The position numbers and the translations under genes were made by a program. Shown piece after piece: positions 47,959-60,600 of a stretch of 64,000 nucleotides of DNA (the stretch's first letter is position 1; every line of letters begins with the position of its first letter). The DNA is taken from NCBI GenBank assembly GCA_026936335.1, contig JAPMXV010000032.1, positions 310,001 to 374,000 of the forward strand, given 5' to 3'. The notes beneath the pieces are model-generated. The model ran no database searches. It saw only the letters and a list, made by a program, of their open reading frames with translations, and was not told where the DNA came from. Source of the stretch: Mantamonas sphyraenae STR306 (lineage: Eukaryota > Protista > CRuMs).

Positions 47959-48687
47959 TCAAACAGTCTTGATCATGTTCTCGTTGCGCACCTCGTCCTC
48001 GATGGGCGCCTTGCCGTACCAAAAGTTGAGAGCTAGCTGGGCAGCCCCAGAGGCGATCGCTGCCAGCTGTGGAAGGAGCGTGTACAAGTCATCGGTGAGT
48101 ACAGCATACGCGCCCCACAGCAACCCGGCCACCACGGACGCCATGGCAGGCAGGACTGGGATGGAGCGCGCAGAGCCCGTGCGCACAACCTCACGCATCT
48201 TGGTGAGGGGTGCAGCCAGTTGGGCAATGTTGACGAGGACACACAGCCTGCCCAGGGTCTGCAGGCGAGTGCGGGAGTCGGCCAGGAAGTGGAACCAAAA
48301 GTAGACGAGTTCAACAAAGGCCAGCATGAGGGCGAGGCTGTTTGTGACGTGGCGACGGCGAGACAGCTCCTGCTGAACGTAGCGGAAGCAGTAGGCAAAG
48401 TAGATGGCCAGGATGGACTGGAAGGCGGTGACGAGAAAGGGCATGCTGGACACGCCCGAGAGGACAAAGTAGTACAGGAGGAGAAGGAGGTAGTTGAGGA
48501 GCATGGTAAACACAGAGGCAAAGGCAAGTTCACGCGTGTCCTTCTTCAGCTCCACCATGCGTTGGATAATGGGCCACGGCGCAAGAATCATAAACACGGA
48601 GCTGGCGGTGCAAGCCAGCGCCAAACTCGACCTGACCACCTCCAACGACATGGAGTCTGGCTGGCCGTTGAAGAGGGTGTTGGACAT
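47959..48687 (-). CDS. SWEET (MtN3/saliva) sugar transporter
   Basis: FMILAPWP...KKDT and AAPLTKMREVVRTGSARSIP...WGAYA...D repeats; about 7 TM helices. Confidence 0.88.
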   Translation of the reverse strand: MSNTLFNGQPDSMSLEVVRSSLALACTASSVFMILAPWPIIQRMVELKKDTRELAFASVFTMLLNYLLLLLYYFVLSGVSSMPFLVTAFQSILAIYFAYCFRYVQQELSRRRHVTNSLALMLAFVELVYFWFHFLADSRTRLQTLGRLCVLVNIAQLAAPLTKMREVVRTGSARSIPVLPAMASVVAGLLWGAYAVLTDDLYTLLPQLAAIASGAAQLALNFWYGKAPIEDEVRNENMIKTV

Positions 48688-48846
48688 GGAGACAGTGTGT
48701 GTGTGTGTGTGTGTGTATGTGTGTGTGCGGTGTGTGCGGTGTGTGTGGACACTGGGCCAGTGTGTCGCAAATTTGGGTTGTCGTTTGCGGAGACGCCACC
48801 CCACACAACCACACACCCACACACCCACCCACGCACAAGAACAAGG

Positions 48847-51800
48847 ATGTCCTGGAGTGGATCACCCAAGTCGACGGGATCCCAATCTCCAATGGGTACC
48901 CCTTCGTCGTCTGGGTACACCCCGCGGTACGGGGGCGGCTCACCGTCGCATTTCACGTTTGAAACCACCACCAGCAGCAGCACGAGTTTCCTTGCAGCCA
49001 GTTCACCCAGTAGCACCCTGCATGGCTCAGGCAGACCCTACGCATCATCATTGCCATCGTCTCCATCCTCACCGGCATACACCCCTCGTCGGTCGAGCAC
49101 CTCCTCCTTTGACGGCACTCTGGCCCTGGACGAGCAGGTCAGCACATGTCTCCCCTTTTTGACACCGCGTGGTCACTGCTGACACCGTACCTGTGCCACC
49201 CCCCCCCACACACACCCCTCCCCTCCCATGTCCCTCTCCATCACCACAGGATAACACGCGTCTGCTGTCTGCTCTGCGTGAGACAGAGTCGCGCAAGGCG
49301 ACCTTGAAGAAGCGTCAACGGAAGGCGCTGGCGGCGACACGGGCGCGTTTGAACGCAAGCAACGCGTTCCTGGACAGCTACTCACAAATCAAGAAGGAGA
49401 GTGCAAGTGCAAGCCAGTATCTGAGCGTAGCCACACGGACGGCAGCATTGAATGCCAGTGTGAGCTCAAGCGACGGCCAAGGGGGAAGCAAACTGAGGGC
49501 AGCAACGGCCGGGGGCGCAGGGTCGTTGAAAGACGAGCTGAAAGCAAGCATTGCACACGCAGCCGAGGTGGAAGCGATGCTGGAACGGAGTGAGGCGGAA
49601 CGGATGCGATTGGAAGAGAGTGTGAAGGGGAGTGAAGCCATGAGCAACGAGCTGGCGGGGGAGGCAAGCAGTTTGAGTGACGCGTTGACGCAGTCGGAGA
49701 GCAAACGGGAGGCATTGGTGCATGAGAACGCAGAGTTGGCACGGCAATTGCATCATGTGCAGGAGATGAATGGGATGCACGTGAGGGATTTGGAGGGGAA
49801 ACTCAGTGAGGCAAACACACGCAACTTTGAGCTGGGACAAAAGTTGGAGGAGGCCACGGCGAATGTGGAGAGGGAACGGGCGGCACGGAGGGAGGAGCAG
49901 GACGCATTGAGCAGAAGCATTGCGGCGGAACAACAGTGCAAACACACAGTGGAACGATTGCAGCGTCAATTGGATGCAGCGGCCATGCATGCCTCGCAGG
50001 AGAACGCACGTGTCGTGGCTCTGGAAGATGCCCAGGCCAGCCAGAGCAGCCACTTGGCCAGCGTTTCCGAGCGACTCACCGCCCTCAAGTACGAACACGA
50101 GAGTGTGCTGCGTGCCAAGAACACCCTTGATGACCAATTGGTCTCTCTGTACACTCTGGTCGACAGCATGGCCGCCAGTCTCGTGCAAGCGTCCCGTGAA
50201 AGCGCCGCCGCCGCTGCTTCCTCATCTGGCGGCTCGCCCTCCTCCAGCAAAGAGGCCTCGGTGCTGCCCCTGGCAGTTACACGTGGCACCACCACCAAGG
50301 ATCCAGCCAGTGCCCAGGAAAAGATAGATGCCATGCTCACGCATTACAGCAGTCTCACCAGCAAGCTGCAGATGCAAACAGGAGCCCTGGAAACCCAGCT
50401 GGCTCGTGTCACTCAGGCTCAGGTAACGGCACCTTTTTTCCTCCCCGTTGCCAGCACTCCCCCAGCCACCCACGTGACACCCACACTCACACCCACACAC
50501 ACCCACACACCCACACACCCACACCACATGTGCACCCCCTCCCCCGTTCCCCATTGGGTACCACAGATGACGTTGCAGGATTCGTACGAGTCTGCGCAGG
50601 GGCGTCTGGAGAAGAGCGTGCAAAAGAGCCAGGAACTGCAGCTGCGTATGCAAGAGGCACTGCAGGAGTGTGCAATGGCACAGGAGGGCCAACAGCGTGC
50701 AGAGGAACACAGCAGTCTGTTGCAGAGGGATCTGGACGAGTGTGAATCGGAACGCAAGAGTCTGGCGTCGCAGGTGGAGTTGCTGACGGCGAGGCTGGAG
50801 AACCTGGGGAGCAAGCACCAGGGGGTGGTGACACTGTTGGAGGAGAGTCGACACGAAGTGGACATGTTGAAGGAACAGGCCAGTCACATGGCCAGTCTGC
50901 ACAGTGCGGCAGCCAAGCAGAAGGGCCAGGAGTTGAACAAGCTGGATCGGGCGCTGCTCAAGGTGCAGGCGGAGTTGGACAACGCAGCCATGGTGGCACG
51001 GAAGAACGAAAAGGACATGGATGAGTTGCAGAGTCGAAACAGCAGTCTGAGTGGCCAGTTGAACGAAACCACGACACGGTTGGACAACGTGAGTGCGGAG
51101 TTGGGCATGTTGGAACGCAGCAGTGCCGACGAACGCACCCAATTGCAACACAAGTTGCAGGAGAGCCAACGCAAGCACACAAAGGCCAAGAGGGCATTGG
51201 AACGGTGTGAGGCGTTGGTGGAGAAGAAGGATGCCAAGGTGGCCGAGTTGCAGGCCGTCATCGAGGGTCTCCAGCGCGATCTCAAGGATTCGTCGGACAT
51301 CATCAAGAACCAGGTGGCAGACTTGGGCAGCAAGGAGCGCACAGTGGCCTCCCAACTCGTGGCTGCCAATGCCAGTCTGAAAAAGGTGACGGCGGAGTTG
51401 GAACGGGAGCAGGGCATCACACGCAAGCTGCAGGAACGCCTGGAGGCAGAAACAGCCAGGGCTCAGGCCAACAAGCAGGAAATGCATGCGGTGCAAAAGA
51501 CACTCACCAAGGTGCAAGCCGAACTCAAGTCCAAGACCAGGCAGGTGGAGTCGTCCAAGCGGCGTCTGGAGAGCGAGGTCAAGAACAGGTCGCGCTCAGA
51601 AGTGGCCGCCAGCGAGAATGGGAACCGTTACAAGGAGGTGCAACGGCAGAAGGAACAGCTGGCCAAGGATGTGAGCAGGCTCGGCGCTCAACTGGAGCAG
51701 CTGAGTGGCAAGCATGCAGCCGTGCTGGAGGACAGGACGGGTTTGGAGGAGGCGTTGAACAAACTGCGTGCACAGTACCAACAGGACAAGCAGACGGCGA

Positions 51801-54800
51801 TGAATGCGGCCACGGCCCAGCAGGATCTGATCTCGCAGCTGCGGGAGGAAAAGACGGTGTTGCAGGAAAAGCTACGTGACGGCGTGGGCACCATTGAGGA
51901 GCAAGAGCGCATGATTGACGACATGGAAACGCGGACGGCACGTGCAGAGGGCGAACTCAAGCAGCTGCGTGTGCGGTACGAAGCAGACATGGAGGCAGCG
52001 CACGAGAGCAACGTCAAGTTGGAGGGCGAGTTGCATCGCACACGCAAGCAGCTGGAAGGCACACAGGGCACGCTGGAACAGGTGCAACGCACTCTGGCAC
52101 AGACGCAGGAGGAGATGAAGATGCAGGTGGGCAAGAGCACAGCCGCGTTGGAGGAGACGAAGGAGGCATTGGCAGACACGCAGGGCAAGTTGCAGGAGAG
52201 CGAAGCAGCACGTGCGGCGACGCAAGAGGCATTGGAGGCAACGAGGCAACGGATGAAGGAGGACGTGGGTGCGTTGGAAGCGGAAGTGGAGCGTGTGGAG
52301 GCGGAAGCAAAGGCAGCCAAAGAACGGGCGGAAGACAAGATCAAGAGCAACGCAATGCTGCGCATGCAGTTGCAGAGTGTGAGCAACGACGTACAAACAC
52401 AAAAGAGCAAACTGGTGGCGGAGAAACGACGTGCGATGGAGACGGAGGAGCAGCTGAGTGGACAGGTGCGCATGCTGAACGAACAGAAGGACGACCTGCA
52501 CAGCGAGCTGGCCACACTGACCAGCAGGTACAACCATTTGGAGACGGTGCACCAGCAATTGGTGGCCAAGCACGACGAAGCCACAAGCAACAACACGGTG
52601 CTGGGTAGCTCGGCTGTGAAGCTGAAGGACAGGGTGGAGTCTGTGGTGCGCGAGCGACAGGACATGGAGAAACAGCTGGGTGAGAGCAGGGCTCGGGACG
52701 CGGGACAGATTGCAGCGTTGCGTCGGGAGCTGGCAGACAAGAGTGAACGGTTGGAACGACTGCAGGCGGAACACGAGGAGAGGGTGGCGGAACACGAGGC
52801 ACTCAAGGTGGACACGCGATTGCAGTCGCAGGCGCTGGAGGAGGCGGAAAAGAGTGTGGAGAGGGAACGGGCGGCACGGGAGAGTGCGGAACGCAAGGGG
52901 GTGAGCCAGATGCAGTTGTTGGGTGGGGAAAAGACACGATTGGCACAGGAAAAGACGGATCTGAACGAACGACTCAAGGTGCTGCGGCACGAACACGACA
53001 CGTTGGCACGGGAACACGCACAATTGTTTGACGAACACCAGGCCACACTGGTGCGACTGCGTGAAACGACGGTGTTGCTGGAGAAGGAACGCAGCGGGCG
53101 TGTGGCCAGCACCGAGAAGCTGGAAGCGGAGGTGGCACGTGCGCAGGCCGAGGCTCACGAGTTGAACGAAACGCTGAACAAGGCACACGAGCGATTGGAT
53201 AACACGGAACGGGCACTGGCCAGGGCCAAGGCGGATCTGGTGCAATGGGAAATCACAAGCGAGTCCCAAGCTGCGCAGCTGCAGGAGTGGCAGACTCGCT
53301 GGACGTCGGACCACACCAAGATTGCACGCGAGCGTGAGGAGATGAAGGCGGCGGAAGAGACGCTGAACGAACGCATGCAGAGTGTGACCCAGGAAGTGAC
53401 GCTGTTGCGTGGGGACAAGGAGCGACTGGAAACGGCACACGGGGAACTGAGCACAGCGCACCGAGAGCTGCAAACAGAGGCAGAGAGGATGCGCACCAAG
53501 CTGAGTGAACTGAAGGAAAAGCATGCAGCGGTGGTGGAGGAGAAGCAACGGATGGAGGAGACCCTGAGCGGACAGGTGATCGCCCTGAGTGGAGAGGCAG
53601 TGAGCATCCGACAGGACAAGGAGGAGTACACGGACAGGACGGCACGGATGGAACGGCAGCTGGAGTCTGTAAACAGGGAACTGCGCAGTGTGCGGCAGGA
53701 GCTGAAGAACACCAAGGGCAAGGTGGCCAAGGCGGAGGAACAGTTTGCGGAGGAGAGTGGCTACTGGGCAAGCGAACGCAGTCTGCTGAAGGAGCAGGTG
53801 AGTCAATTGAGCAACGAGAACATGCGCTTGACGACGCACCGTGAGGAGTTGCAGGCCCATCTGCGGGAGGTCAGCGAACGGGAAAAGGGGTTGATTGTGA
53901 AGAGCCGGCTGGTGGACATGGTGAAGAAGACCAAGAGCAAAGAGGTGAACCAGTGGAAGAGCAAGTACGAAACGGAAGTGTACGAGGCCGGACAGCGTGC
54001 AGAGAAGCTGCAGGCGCGGCTGGAGGAGGCGTTCAGCAAGTACCAGGAGTTGCAACACACACACGAACACTTCCTGACCAAGACCCAGGAGATGCGCGAC
54101 GCCTACGAAAGCCAAAGCAAGGAACTGAGCGAACTGAACATGACGTTTGATGCGGAACACGCGCTGCGTCTGGACAGCGAGCGTGGCTTGCGCGAACGCA
54201 TCGACAGCCTGATCACGGAGAAGAGCAAGCTGCAGATGGACAGTGTGCGTCAGATGAAGGAGCTGACAGACAGGGCAAGCGAGTACATGGAGGCCAACGA
54301 GGCGTTGGTGGAGGAGAACCGTGTGCTGGGCAAGAAGCTGACGGAGCTGCGTGTCAAGGTGGACAACGAAAAGTCGACGCGACGCAACAGCGAGGCGCAC
54401 CTGACGGAGGAGATCCGCAAGCGTGTGGTGGAGCATGTGACGCTGAAGGAGAAGCATGCCAAGCTGGAGGAAGAGCATGGAGAACGCATGCAGGATCTGG
54501 AGGAGGCACGCATCCGCATTGCCGACTTTGAGGTGGAGGTGATGCGACTGAACAAGAAGGTGAACGATCAGGCGGGTGCGTTGGAAGAGGGAGGAGCCAA
54601 GAGCAAGACACTGGGTCAGGAGCTGGAGGAGGAGAGGGAGGAGGTGAAACGACTCAAGGGGGAGCTGAGCGAGGAGAAGCACGCACACGAGTTGACCAAC
54701 AGGGAGCGTGAGATGCTGAGCAAGGACCTGGAGGAACGCAACAAGGCACTGGCAGAGGAGACGCAGAAGAATGGCCAACTGAACGGGGAGCGGGATGGAT

Positions 54801-57697
54801 TGGCACGGGAGCTGGAGGAGTGGAAGGAAAAGTATGCGCAGCTGACAGTGGCCAAGGACGAGGTGGCCAAGATGCTGGCAACGACGCGATGGAAGCACAC
54901 GATTGCCGTGCACCAGGGCGAACAGCTGAAGGAACGCGTGGCCGAGGTGGAAAAGGAAGCCGAGGTGGAACGGCTCAAGGTGGACGGGACCACAAAGGCA
55001 AACGAAAAGCTGAAGGAGACGGTCAGCGGACTGGAAACAGACGTGCGCGAGTGGCAACTGAAGTTGGAAGGACAAGTGCGCTCGACGGAAAAGGTGCAGG
55101 AGAAGCTGGATGCGATGCGTGAGGAGAACGCATCGCTTCAGGGCCGACTGAGCGACAGCCACGAAGAGAGCGGATCACGAGGGGTGCAGATCAAACAGTT
55201 GGAAGCCAAGGTGCGTGAGCTGGAAGACAAGCTGACCAACACGCGACGGGAACTGGACGACAAGGAGAACGCACTGGCTGTGGCGCATCGGGACCTGGAA
55301 CAGACACGAGGTGAGCTCGTGAGCAGTGGCAAGAGTGGAGCAGAGCTGCAGGGGGAGGTGAACGGACTGTTGCGAGACATCGAAGGTTGGAAGGGTCAGG
55401 TGAATGAGCACAAAAAGACGGAGGAACACTTGCAGACGATGCTGGACGAGGCCAAGGAACGTGTGCGCAAGGAGCAGGGCAACGTGACTGTGTTGGAGGA
55501 GCGTGTGCATGGCCTGGAGAAGGATGTGCGAGAGTGGAAGAACAAGCATGCCAGCGAGGTGGAGGCAGTGCAGAGGGAGCAGGCGACGGTGGAAAAGATA
55601 CGTGTGGAGCTGCAATCGACAAGCAGCGCACTGGAGGCGATGGAGCGTGCACGCAAGGAGGTGGAGGGCGAGTTGAAGAGCACACGCAGTGCCCTTCGCC
55701 AGGCAGAGAGCGAACACAAGATGGTGAGCAAGGATCTGGCGGAAGAGAGCAAGAAACTGGCGGCAGAGATGGAAGCACGTGCACACGCAGAGACAAAGCT
55801 GGAGGAGACGCGACAGGAGCTGAGTGACAAGGTGAAGGAGCTGGCCAAGGTGGACACAGAACGCAAGTTTGCAGAGGGCCAAGTGGAGAAGCTGGAGCAG
55901 GAGAAGGCCGTGCGGGAAGAGGAGCTGCGGGGTGTCAAGAGTGCCCTGGAACGTAGCAAGGAGGAGGCAACGAGTGTGAAGAAGAAGCTGATGAGCGTGG
56001 AGCAGGAAAAGGCAACGGTGAGCAAGCAGGAGAGCGAGCTGGCCGACCGCGTGGCACAAATGCGTCTGGACGCACAGAGGATGGACCAGAATCACATGCA
56101 ACTGTCGCGCGAACACAAACAGCTGATTGTGGCGCATGGAACGCTGCAGGAGGAGATGGAGACGACGGTGAAGAAGCACGAGGCACTGCGAGGAGCCTAC
56201 GAACGGTTGACGGCGGAGCACAAGGAGCTGAGCGGACGCACGGCAAGCATGAATGCAGAGAACGAAGAGCTGCGCGGAGCCATGGGCACACTGAAGGAGG
56301 AGTACGGCCTGTTGAGCAAACAGCTGCAGGAGCTGACGCAGAGCGACGAAGGGGTGCAGGAACAGGCACGTGCGATGCACACCGAGTTGGACAGGGTGCG
56401 TGGCACGCTGGAGGCACTGACTGAATCGGACGCAGCGTTGCAGGAGGCAAGCAGGGCGTTGGGAGTGTCGCACGAAGCACTCAAGGTGGAGTTGCTGGAG
56501 ACGCAGAATGCACTGAAAAAGAGCAGCGGGAGCAACGAGGGACTGGTGGCAAGTGTGGCAGAGCTGCGCAGCACGCAAGAGACGCTGGAGAAGGCCAACA
56601 CGGAATTGCGGCAAACCGTGCACCGACTGGAGGAGGAGCGAGACAGGATGGGACGGGACAAGGCGGCGGCGGAGGAGGAGATGGGTGTGTTGACGAGGAA
56701 CCAAAAGGCGCTGGTGAAGGAACACACGCAACTGGGCATGGAGTATCGCGAGGTGCAGGGGGCGCTGAAGGAGAGCAGGGCAGAACTGGAAAGGGGTAGG
56801 AAGGCACTGGAGGAGGCGAGCAAGACGGTGGAGGCGCTGGAGAAGCAGAATGGAGAGCTTGCGGAGGAGTTGAGGATGCGAGACGAAGAGGTGGGACGAT
56901 TGACACAGGAGGCCAAGGTGGGGGCAGCCGTGTCGGAGGAGTTGGGCAGGAAGGTGAGGACACTGAGCGAGCAGGTGGGCACACTGGCAGGGGACAACGA
57001 ACGTCTGGCACGGGAGTTGAGCGAACTGAATGTGGCACACCGCAGGGTGGTGGAGGAGCACAGGGAGCAAACGGAAGGACGTGCAGAGGCAAGCGCACAA
57101 GCGCGGGAGCTGGGCACGACAGTGACAGAGCTGCGTGATACGATGGAACAGCTGGAGAGGGAGAACGAACGCAACACAGATGCACTGGCCAAGGTGCAGA
57201 AGGAACGCGGCGTGTTGGCAGCGCAGGCGAGGGAAAGCAACGCACAGTTGCGGGAGCTGACGGGAGAGCTGCGTGTGGTGCGTCAGGAGTTGGAAGCGTC
57301 GCAGGAGAGGGAACGCAAGGCAGGAGAACAGGTGGGCAAGCTGGGCAAACAGATGCACAAGCTGACAGAGCAGATGGACAAGCTCAGCGAAACGGACAAG
57401 AAGTTGGTGCACGACATGGGCGCCCTGGAGCAAGAGAAGCAGGCGGTGGAGGAGCAGAAGGACACGTTGCAACGCAAGGTGACTGCACTGCAGACGCAGT
57501 GCCAGAAGCTTGGCAGGGAGTTGGAGTCGCTCACCAACGAACACACCAAGCTGTATGGCGAACACGGAGCCCTGCGTGGCGAGTACGAGGTGGCCTTGCA
57601 GCAGCTCAGGGACCTACGCTCAGAGTTTGACTCGTTGCGCAAGGAGATGGATGCCGAGCGCCTCAAGATGGAAGAGGTTGCGCGTGGTGCAGTGTGA
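48847..57697 (+). CDS. Giant coiled-coil protein (~2,860 aa) with Ser/Pro-rich head
   Basis: Exons 48847-49137, 49250-50422 and 50567-57697; continuous E/K/L/Q/R heptad-type composition; no globular domain recognised. Confidence 0.85.
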
Positions 57698-60600
57698 TGG
57701 AGACCGGGAGGAAAGACAATGGAGATAGCGCGTTGCATTGTAGTACAGGGCTAAATGAGAATCATAGTCGTCCATGTCAGGGGTTGCCTTGGGCCGATCG
57801 TCGTTTGCGTCCTCCTCATCGTCATCATCATCGTCATCGTCTTCTTCATCATCGTCATCGTCTTCATCCGTGACCAGATGACGTGTCTGCGCCTCTCGGT
57901 TGCTCCAATACTCTCGCAAGTACGATTCTGTGACGCCATCCGACTCATCAGACTCTTCTTCCTCCTCCTCCTCTTCATCGTCGTCAGTGTCGTTTGTCGT
58001 CCTTCTGACCCTCTTTGTGTGTGCCCCTGTCCTTGTCCTCTTTCTCCTCTTTGCCTGTGGGAGTGCCTGATGCATTCTCTTCCTCGTCAGTGTCCGAGTC
58101 GGTGTCGTCGTCGTCGTCGTTGCGGTCGTCGTCGTCCGAGTCGCCGTCTCCTCTCTCCTTCTTCCACTGGTCGTGGTACTCGTCGTAGTCGACGCCTTCG
58201 ACACGTTCCATCTGTTTGTTGCGAATGTAGGCAGTGATGCTGCCATGGTGGCCTTCGTCTTCACTGCCCTCGTCCTCGTCGTTGATGGGCGTCAAGAAAT
58301 CAACCAAGCGCTGCAGCAGCTCCTCGGCCTGGCCCATGAGACGGGACGTGGACACCAGATGGTTGTTCTTCCAGACCAAGCCCTCATTGGTCAGCGACAC
58401 AAAGGCCATGCCTGTCCTGTGGATGAGGGTGGCGTGTGTGTCCATGCGACCTCGTTGCCCGGCAAAGGTGTCCTCCACAAAGCCGAATTTGGCCAACAGT
58501 GCCTCCTGCAGTTGTTGATTGTCCATGACACTGCGAGGCAGGGGGATGATGAAGGGCAGGTGCATGGGGTGCCTGTCCAGGGTCAACTGAGTTTGAGGAA
58601 TCTGCACCAGGATGAAGCCGCAGCTCTTGGCACGCCGTTGACACATCTGTACAAAGTCTTCCACGACGCAACCTGTGCACATGAGCCAACGCAGCTCCAG
58701 GTGGTAGCACTTGTTGGGATTGAACACAGAGTCGTAGTGTAGAAACAGCCACTCGTAGCGCTGCGCCTTGCTCGATTGCATCTCGATTTTGAGCTGGTGA
58801 GGTTTGTTGGCACGAGGAGGTGGAGGCGCTGGCACCATCCCTCGCGACTGGGACGATCCCGTTGATTTGTTGGTGCCGGACGACCCTGCCGAGTTGCTCT
58901 CTCTGCGAATGGCACGCGACAAGAGTGAGGCATCCCCGGTCTCATCCCTGTCCTCTTGCACATCCTGTTGCTCCTCTGCGTCTTCGCTGGCCTCGCTTTG
59001 GCTCTCTCCCGACTCGCTATGACCCTCGTCCCTGCTGCTGTTGCTGCTGCTGCTGTTGGAGTGTTCGCTGTCGCTAGATGCGCTCGATCGGTCAATGGTC
59101 ACATTGAGGGTCAGTGGCGGTCGCTTGGTTCCCTTGGTCAGTCGACTGAGCAGGGAGTCTTTGAATTTGATGAAGCGCTGGATCAGCTCTTCGTTCTCTT
59201 CGATCTGTTGAGCGTGCGACGATGCCCCACCCTCCTCCTCCAGATCCTCTGTATCGTCGCCGTCACCTGCAGACGTACCCACGCCTGAGTTGCTGCCTCG
59301 TTTGCTGTCACCCGTGCGGCTGCTGCCAGCCCTGCGTTCCCGTACGGGGATGAGGGCAAAGCGAATGCGCCAGTACTTGAGGTTGTCTGTCAGCACCATC
59401 TCCATGTCATCACAGATGAGGTTGTCCAAGTAATTCCAGTGGTATTCGTTGGTCTGGTCCTGGCTGTGGATGTCAATGGCCATGGGGCGGAAGCGGTGCA
59501 TGTGCGAGTCGTACAGATTGTACGGGTAGCGAAGGGACGGCAACGGTTCGCTGCTCACGCGACGGTACCGCTCCACTTCGATGTTCTGTGCCTGCGGGTC
59601 ACACACAAGCTTGTGGAAGCGGATGCCCTTGCTGAACAGAAAGTACTGCTTGCCCGTGTCCTTGCTGCTCTGCTGTGCAGAGGGTCCCACCACAAGCTGG
59701 TAGCCCTGGGCAAGGCGTTGCGACACCACCTCGTGCAGCAGCGTCTCTGTTTGGTTGCCGTACGCATTGTCGTCCGGAATGAGCGAAATGATGTAATTGT
59801 TGGCCGAATAGTGCTGCAGCAGCTCGTGTGCCGACGGAAAGTAGTCGGTGGTCAGAGGCAGACACGCAGGCGTGCGGATGGCATTCCACGTCACAGGGTG
59901 TGGGTTGTAGTTGATGTTCAGCGCAAAGATGTGCGACCAGCGTCGGATATTGCTCGTGCCCTTTTGCGAGCTCTGGAACGCCTCGTTTGTCTGGAACGGA
60001 TTGACACTGTGCAGCCGCGACGCCATCACAGACGCAAAGTAGGCGGCCGACGACACCGACGCTGCGCGCACACTGCCACTCATCTCACTCAACGAGGTGG
60101 CTGCAGGGCCACTCGAACCGCCTGCCAGCAATCCACCACCACCTCCTCCCGTACTTGATAGCGACCCTGTCACGCCGCCCTTGCCGCTACCGCTTGACGC
60201 TCCACCACGCCCACCAGTTGCAACACCACCCTCGGAATCTGCTACAGCTTCTCCGCCTGCAATTGCTCGGCTGCGTGCCATGTTCCACTCAAACGACGAC
60301 CGTTGCTCGAACGACGAGCTGAGGATGCCCACGTCTGCACGCACTGCCCCTGCACTTGTGCTTGCGTTGATCCGCGTGTTCTGCTTCGTCATCCTTCGTC
60401 GCATACGCGTGTCCACATCATCATCATCATCGTCATCGTCGTCTTCGTCTTCGTCATCATCATCATCGTTGCCGTCACCTCCCTCGTCCTCTCCATTCCC
60501 CTCCTCTCCACCTCCATGGTTGCGTGTCCCTGCACCCTTGGTGCGTCTCTCCTTGTCCTCTGGCCCCACACGACGTGCCAGGCGGTTGCTCATCCTGCCC

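Noticed and set aside
50423-50566. Stop-free 3n introns (also MGM101 36792-36908 and ABCA about 31312-31433) as regulated retention
   Set aside because: Expected by chance for short GC/CA-rich introns; the translated inserts are THTH-type noise.
51872-57565. Very long antisense ORFs (1096, 796 aa), and similar ones opposite NEK, the ABCAs and the secreted pair
   Set aside because: Shadow ORFs caused by high GC and biased sense-strand codon use; they have no recognisable motifs.
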